From contig CAWAGQ010000008.1 of NCBI GenBank assembly GCA_963781585.1, positions 128,001 to 192,000 on the forward strand: a DNA stretch of 64,000 nucleotides, written 5' to 3'. The position numbers and the translations under genes were made by a program. The notes under the pieces are model-generated. The model made no database searches. It had not been told where the DNA came from and saw only the letters and a list, made by a program, of their open reading frames with translations. The stretch comes from an uncultured Gemmatimonadaceae bacterium. Its GTDB lineage: Bacteria; Gemmatimonadota; Gemmatimonadetes; Gemmatimonadales; Gemmatimonadaceae. Below are positions 58,450 to 64,000 of this stretch, in pieces (the stretch's first letter is position 1; every line of letters starts with the position of its first letter).

Positions 58450-60153
58450 CTACTGCGTGACTCGCATGAACGGCAGGTCGCGCATCCGTGATGCGCCGAC
58501 GTGCAGCGTTGTCACGCGTCCCGAGGCGTCGCGGGTGAACCATATCACCCGCCCGCCACCCTGCCGCGGACCGAAGTGATCGCGATACAGGGGCCGGAGC
58601 GGCAGCTTCGTATCGGGACGCTGTTCGATCTCGAGTCCCCCATCCACGACCGCGAGTGTGAACGTCGCATCGGCCTCGTCGCTATGCCAGACGCCGGCGA
58701 ATTCGGCGAGCTGTGACGCCGTCGGCATCCACGGCGTTTCCGCCACGAGGTGGTCCTCGCCGTCCGGACGATAGCGTGTCGCGTGGGCCGGCTTGCCGCC
58801 GGCGGCGGGCTCGAATCGCCACCGGATCGGTCCTTGTGCGGCGAGAAACTCGCCGTCGCGGAGAGGATGCAGTACGGCACCGGCTCGGAGGGATCCGTTC
58901 TCCACCGTGATCTGTATGGGCATGTGGGTGGCAACGTCCCGCCAGAGGCCCGCCCACTTCTGGAGTTCCTGCGCCGGCAGTGACACGGTGTCGGGGGCGG
59001 CCGGGGCCGGGAGCGGACCGGCGATCTCGTCGACCAGCCGCATGGCGAGTTGGCCCGGATTCGGCGAGGGGGCGTTGCACATCACTGCGATCGACAGGGC
59101 GGGCCCCGGGAATCGGGTGAGAAACGTCGTGTATCCGGCGGTCGAGCCGCTATGTGCCACCTGACGCAGACCTTTGTAGGTCGTGACCTCCAGTCCCAGT
59201 GCGTAGGCGATCTCGCGTCCGTCGTTGAGCCGGCCCTGCCGTTCCAGCGAATCCACCAGCGCGCCGACGTTCTTCCCGCCGAGGGTGCGCGTGTCGAGCA
59301 TGGCGTTCCACTTCAACCAGTCGCCCACCGTGGTGAGCAGACCACCGTTGCCGTAGACGTTCATGAACGGCATGTCCAGTTTCCAGGCCCCCTGACCGGC
59401 ACGCGCGTACGCCTGGGCGCGTCCGGGGACCAGCGTGGTGTAGTCGGTGCGCCATTGCGAGTGCGTCATGCCTAACGGCTTGAAGAACCGCTCGGCGGTG
59501 AATGCCGGCAGGCTCTGCTTCGAGACGCGTTCGACGATCGTCGACAGCAGCGTATAGCCGCTGTTGGAGTACGAGTACTCGGCGCCCGGGGTGAAATCGA
59601 GGCCGTGCTGGTGCACGATCACATCAAGGGCCAGCGCCTGCGACACGACGCGATCGCCGCGTCCGTAGCCGGTGAGCCCAAGCACCGAGCCCCAATCGCG
59701 GATTCCGCTGGTGTGGTTGAGGAGATTCCGGATGGTGAGCGGGGCGCCATAGTCGGGAAGCTCGGGGATGTACTTCTTCACCGGATCGTCGAGCCGCAAC
59801 TTCCCTTCGAGGGCCAGCAGCACGATCGAGGCGGCGGTGAATTGCTTGGCCACCGATCCCGACTCGAAGATCGTCTGTGGCGTATTGGCGATGCCGAATT
59901 CCAGATCGGCCATTCCGAATGCCCGTTCATAGACCGGCCGATTGTCGTGCGCGATACCCACCGCGCACCCGGGGGCGGGGGCGGTCCCCGACGCCGACGT
60001 GACCGCCGAGAGCACTTGATCGGCCCGCGCGGCGATCGTGGCGGAGTCGGGCATCTGCGCCCCGGTCCGGAGCGGAACGGCGCACGCCAACGTGAGGCCC
60101 GCGAACGCGAGGCCGAGGGATGCGAACACCCGCTCTGTTCTGGCAATCTGCAT
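58450..60153 (-). CDS. Serine hydrolase, beta-lactamase/AmpC-like family
   Basis: GSVAKQF (SxxK), YSN (YxN), HSG, LL.HTSG. Confidence 0.92.
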   Translation of the reverse strand: MQIARTERVFASLGLAFAGLTLACAVPLRTGAQMPDSATIAARADQVLSAVTSASGTAPAPGCAVGIAHDNRPVYERAFGMADLEFGIANTPQTIFESGSVAKQFTAASIVLLALEGKLRLDDPVKKYIPELPDYGAPLTIRNLLNHTSGIRDWGSVLGLTGYGRGDRVVSQALALDVIVHQHGLDFTPGAEYSYSNSGYTLLSTIVERVSKQSLPAFTAERFFKPLGMTHSQWRTDYTTLVPGRAQAYARAGQGAWKLDMPFMNVYGNGGLLTTVGDWLKWNAMLDTRTLGGKNVGALVDSLERQGRLNDGREIAYALGLEVTTYKGLRQVAHSGSTAGYTTFLTRFPGPALSIAVMCNAPSPNPGQLAMRLVDEIAGPLPAPAAPDTVSLPAQELQKWAGLWRDVATHMPIQITVENGSLRAGAVLHPLRDGEFLAAQGPIRWRFEPAAGGKPAHATRYRPDGEDHLVAETPWMPTASQLAEFAGVWHSDEADATFTLAVVDGGLEIEQRPDTKLPLRPLYRDHFGPRQGGGRVIWFTRDASGRVTTLHVGASRMRDLPFMRVTQ

Positions 60154-60263
60154 TTTCGACCACGCCTGTGGTGATGGGTTTTCGACTGTTCGTGCCTAGT
60201 GTGGACCGGCGTACCGGCCGCGTCAAGCGCCGGTGCTCGACAGGAACATCAACCTGCGCGTTC

Positions 60264-60490
60264 GTTAGGCGTCCAGCACCTCGCGGACGTCGGCGTACGT
60301 CTGATCGAGGTCCGCCGTGGCAGTCTCGATGGTGAGACGGCCTCCCGCGGCCATCGCATCACGGGCGTTGACCACCAGGTTCAGCAGCACCTGCTCGAGT
60401 TGTCCCGGATCGGCCTTTATCCGGGAAGCCCGGCATCCAGCGTCGTGGTCAGGATGAGCCATCCGGGCATCGATTCCACACCGATGTTCG
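60264..60490 (-). pseudogene. Hybrid histidine kinase remnant (HATPase N-box fragment joined to a receiver C-terminus)
   Basis: [31 protein letters not shown] followed by VREVLDA*; upstream LTTTLD segment is out of frame. Confidence 0.8.
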
Positions 60491-60809
60491 ACCGACTGCG
60501 CCGGTGCATGGAGCAGCGCACGGACGCGCGAACGCATGCCCGCGCTCGCGTGAACTTCGTGCAACCGGGCCCAGGGGAATCCGGCGTCGCTGAGGCCGCG
60601 TAATCGCAGGCGACACGGGCACCTTCGTTCACGAGGCTGGCACTAAAATCCGTTTGAAACGGCTCAGTGCAGGCCGGAGACCATCCGGGTACTAGTGCCT
60701 GCGAGACACGGTGGTCACGCCGGCAACCTGGCGGACTTGTCATTGCGGGTTCGCTTCGACCGACCGCGAAGCACCGGTCCCGCATTACGACGCAAATCAC
60801 GGAGGAGCT

Positions 60810-61577
60810 ATGTGGCGATACCGATTCAAGGGCACCTCGGCCACGCTTCTTGTTGCCGGCCTGCTGGCAGGCGCCGGCGCACAGCCGGCGGAGGCCCAGA
60901 ACAACAGCCGGCCGCTCTTCGAATGGAGCGGACGGGTGGATCGCGAGATCCAGCTCACGATGCGGGGACGCAACGTGTGGACGCGGGCGTACGGTCAGGC
61001 TGATGACCGTCTCCCCGGTCCGGACATCATCTCCGCGCTCCCGCAGGACGACGGCGTCGTCCGGGTTCTGCTCGAGCGCGGATTGGGAGAGGTTCAGGTG
61101 GTCCAGCAACCCACCAGCGAGAACGACTACACAACCATTGTCCGCGTTCGTGATCGCAGCAACAGCGGTGAGCCCAACCGGATCATGGTGTCGTGGCTGC
61201 CGTATGCCTCGAGCGGCGGCGAAGTGGTTGAACGGAGCGACGCGGCGTCTCCACGAGGCCGGTATCCCGGTGAGCGTACGGTGCTGCACTGGACCGGACG
61301 GGTGGACGACGCGCTGGAGATCCGCATCCGCGGGCAGCAGATCGACTATCGCACGCTGAGCGGCGACGAGCCTGAGGACATCCACTCCAACCTGGCGCCG
61401 TATGGCCTGCCGATGGACTACGCCAGTGTCCGCCTCCATCAACTCGAGGGGCGCGGTACGGTGACCCTGGTGCAGCAGCCAAGTGCGGAGAACAACTTCA
61501 TGGCCGTCCTGCGGATCTACGATCCACAGCCGCGAGCCGGCTTCTACGACTTCGACCTCACGGTCCCGAACCGGTAG
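60810..61577 (+). CDS. Secreted hypothetical protein with a tandem duplicated domain
   Basis: GGAGG RBS, signal peptide, two W.GRVD...G.G.V..VQQP..EN units. Confidence 0.8.
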   Translation: MWRYRFKGTSATLLVAGLLAGAGAQPAEAQNNSRPLFEWSGRVDREIQLTMRGRNVWTRAYGQADDRLPGPDIISALPQDDGVVRVLLERGLGEVQVVQQPTSENDYTTIVRVRDRSNSGEPNRIMVSWLPYASSGGEVVERSDAASPRGRYPGERTVLHWTGRVDDALEIRIRGQQIDYRTLSGDEPEDIHSNLAPYGLPMDYASVRLHQLEGRGTVTLVQQPSAENNFMAVLRIYDPQPRAGFYDFDLTVPNR

Positions 61578-61788
61578 CGGTGTTCGACTCGCGCAGGTCG
61601 AGAGGCCTGCGTGGTACGTGAAAGACGCGCGCCGTCGGGGAGCAATCTCCGGCGGCGCCTGTCATCCTGCTGGAGCGCGACGCATTCCGGAACCGTGCGA
61701 TGCCGACCCCGCGGGACGCTACGGTGCAGGGTGACGAGCTGACGGGCCGCGGCTTGACGCGATGCCCGGGGTGAGCCATAGGTAGCAG

Positions 61789-62355
61789 ATGGTTCCTCGA
61801 CTCAATCTCTTCACCGTCATCGCGGCCGGTCTCTGCGCTGCCTGTGCTTCGGCGTCACGCACCGCGCCGCGCGTTCCAACCACCGCGTACGACGCCTCCG
61901 TCACCTCCGATCTGCAGCGCCTGCGCGCGGCCACTGACAGGTTTCACTCGCTCGACTCCGCCGTCGCCGCCGGGTATGTGCGCGATGTACCGGCGTGCCT
62001 CGTGCACGAGCGGCACGGTGCGATGGGCTACCACCACACCAATGCCGCGTACATGGACGCCAGGGTCGACGTGGAGCGTCCGGAGATTCTGCTGTACGAA
62101 CGGATGCCCGACGGCGCCTATCGTCTGAACGGCGTGGAGTTCATCGTCCCCTATCGGGCCTGGTCACGCGACTCCATAGCTCCGGTCATCATGGGACAGC
62201 GCCTCAGGTACGAGGACAACCTCAAACTCTGGTATCTCCATGTGTGGGCGTGGCGGACCAATCCCGACGGGCTGTTCGCCGACTTCCACCCGGACGTGCA
62301 GTGCCCGGACAGCGCCCGCAAGGTGTTCATGCCCTACGTGCAGCCGCCGCGGTGA
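61789..62355 (+). CDS. Hypothetical lipoprotein with GAMG.H / LH.W / NP.G.F motifs
   Basis: LCAAC lipobox; PEILLYE, GVE.IVP. Confidence 0.75.
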   Translation: MVPRLNLFTVIAAGLCAACASASRTAPRVPTTAYDASVTSDLQRLRAATDRFHSLDSAVAAGYVRDVPACLVHERHGAMGYHHTNAAYMDARVDVERPEILLYERMPDGAYRLNGVEFIVPYRAWSRDSIAPVIMGQRLRYEDNLKLWYLHVWAWRTNPDGLFADFHPDVQCPDSARKVFMPYVQPPR

Positions 62356-62506
62356 CCTGCCGATCGCCCGGGGTACAATCGCCGAGGTCCGCAGTCGGTG
62401 GGTGACGGTCGGTGGTGTCAGGTGCATCTCGGGCGATCGCCGCAGCAGCGCCGAGCCTAACGAGGCGATCCGGACGCGGCGGTAGCGGATCGCTGCTCCC
62501 TGATCG

Positions 62507-63172
62507 TCAGAGCAGATTCTCGCGCACCGCCCTCGCCACCGCCCCGCTGCGATTGTTCACGTGCAGCTTCGCGTAGATGTTGCGCACGTGACCGTCGATG
62601 GTGTGCGGGCTCAGGCGCAGCTCCGCCGCGATGTCGTTCTTCGTCAGCCCATCCACCAGCCGCTGGAGGATCTGCCGCTCGCGCTCGGAGAGCCCGTAGT
62701 CAGCCTGCGGCGTCACCATCCGCGCGAACATCTCGAGCACCCGGCGCGCGATCTGCGCGTCCATCGCCGCACCGCCATCAAGCACTTTCTCGATCCCGCC
62801 CATGATCTCGTCCCGGGGCGACGACTTGAGCAGGTACCCGGACGCACCCGCGCACACGGCCTCGAAGATCTTCTCGTTGCTCTGGTGCACGGTGAGCATG
62901 ACCACCGGGATCGAAGGATTGGTCTTCCGGATGGATCGCACGCAGTCGGTCCCGCTCATGCCCGGCAGGGCCAGATCCATCAGGATCAGGCGGGGCAGTT
63001 CCTTCCCGTCGCCTAACGCATCGAGCGCGGACTCGGCATCGGCGAACAGCTCGGTGCAGGTGAACCGGTCACTCTGGTCGAGCAGCTCGCCCAGGGTGCG
63101 CCGATACATCGCACTGTCCTCCACCACCCAGATGGGCGCCCGATGATTCGCAGTACGACCGACCCCGCTCAT
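62507..63172 (-). CDS. NarL/FixJ-family response regulator
   Basis: VED, LMD..LPG, GASGYLLK, LuxR HTH. Confidence 0.93.
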   Translation of the reverse strand: MSGVGRTANHRAPIWVVEDSAMYRRTLGELLDQSDRFTCTELFADAESALDALGDGKELPRLILMDLALPGMSGTDCVRSIRKTNPSIPVVMLTVHQSNEKIFEAVCAGASGYLLKSSPRDEIMGGIEKVLDGGAAMDAQIARRVLEMFARMVTPQADYGLSERERQILQRLVDGLTKNDIAAELRLSPHTIDGHVRNIYAKLHVNNRSGAVARAVRENLL

Positions 63173-63215
63173 GTCGCCCAAGGTAGACCCCGGGCCCGGT
63201 GCGCGCACGACGCGT

Positions 63216-64000
63216 TCACGTCGTCTTCACCGTGACCCGCGCCGTCGTCCCCCCTCCCGGCTGGCTGGTCAGTTCCAGATCCCCGCCCAGTCGCGCCGCC
63301 CGCTCGCGTACGCTCTTCAGGCCGGTGCCGGAACGCGTCCCGTTCGGACTCAATCCCACGCCATTGTCCGACACCGTCAACTCGATCCCGCGCCCGCGGG
63401 GCGCCACCGCGATGTGCACTTCGGTCGCCCGGGCATGCCTGACGATGTTGTGCAGCAGCTCCTTGTACAACAGCAGGAGGTCGCGCCGATCCGCCATCCC
63501 AACGTGCTCCGGGAGCGCGCCCACCACCGGCGCGTCGAACGTCACCCGGATATCCCGCAGCAGTCCGGCAGCGACGTCCTTCATGCGAGTGACGACGTCA
63601 TCGAGCCGGTCGGCATCCGGATCAATCGCCCACACGATGTCGCGCAGGTCGTCCACCATCTCACGCGCCGACTGGCCGATCCGCTGGAGCTGCAGACGCT
63701 CGGGCCCGGCCGCCGAGCCGCCGCGTTCCCGGGAATCGGACAACAGGGCGATGCTGCTCAGCCCCGCGCCGATCTCGTCATGCAGATCGCGGGAAATGCG
63801 GAGCCGGAGCCGTTCGGTCGCGACCGCCTGACGCAGACGAACCCGGTGCGCCCCCCACAACAACGCGGCGAACAGCAGGAGGATCAGGCCACGAAACCAC
63901 GCCGTGCGCCAGACCGGCGGCACCACCTGAAGCCGAATCGCGCCGCCTGGCGTGCTCCACCCTCCGTCCGAACCACCCGCCACCTGTACCTGGAACGTGT
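63216..64000 (-). CDS. HisKA_3 sensor histidine kinase, 5' part outside the window
   Basis: PP.W...WF TM, RISRDLHDEIG, KE.LHN..RHA, DNG.G, G.GL. Confidence 0.92.
   Translation of the reverse strand, partial: TFQVQVAGGSDGGWSTPGGAIRLQVVPPVWRTAWFRGLILLLFAALLWGAHRVRLRQAVATERLRLRISRDLHDEIGAGLSSIALLSDSRERGGSAAGPERLQLQRIGQSAREMVDDLRDIVWAIDPDADRLDDVVTRMKDVAAGLLRDIRVTFDAPVVGALPEHVGMADRRDLLLLYKELLHNIVRHARATEVHIAVAPRGRGIELTVSDNGVGLSPNGTRSGTGLKSVRERAARLGGDLELTSQPGGGTTARVTVKTT

Noticed and set aside
58450..60153. Antibiotic-resistance beta-lactamase
   Set aside because: SxxK/YxN motifs are shared by the broad serine hydrolase family; the C-terminal extension suggests a peptidase/esterase, so no resistance claim is supportable
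597..63018. CGTTAGG motif as Chi/KOPS or telomere-like repeat
   Set aside because: No strand polarity within the window and copies are dispersed rather than tandem

Overview
High-GC bacterial chromosomal window, most likely Gemmatimonadota. This is inferred from the gene repertoire: a PadR+ADOP permease pair, carboxypeptidase-regulatory-like/TonB-plug proteins, VPS10/BNR hydrolases and a Ser/Thr kinase-TolB-TPR protein. About 40 CDS, mostly secreted hydrolases (M20 peptidases, three tandem amidohydrolases, amidase, two VPS10 proteins, serine hydrolase), transporters (two TonB-type receptors, ABC permeases, MFS, DMT, Kef-type CPA2, NhaA), a glycosyltransferase operon, a two-protease+LuxR cassette and a two-component pair. 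I saw no rRNA, tRNA, CRISPR or intact transposase. The strongest unexplained signals are: (1) a non-palindromic 7-mer, CGTTAGG/CCTAACG, iterated at least 32 times on both strands and forcing rare codons inside genes; (2) a ~220-nt highly structured element at 39001-39220 just downstream of a near-consensus sigma70 promoter (candidate ncRNA or leader); (3) GGRGG low-complexity inserts in many unrelated, mostly exported proteins; (4) heptamer tandem repeats, including an 18-unit tract abutting the glycosyltransferase operon; (5) an amidohydrolase triplet in which only one member keeps the metal-binding HxH; (6) REP-like palindromes and several deletion-scar pseudogenes. All counts and coordinates are manual.
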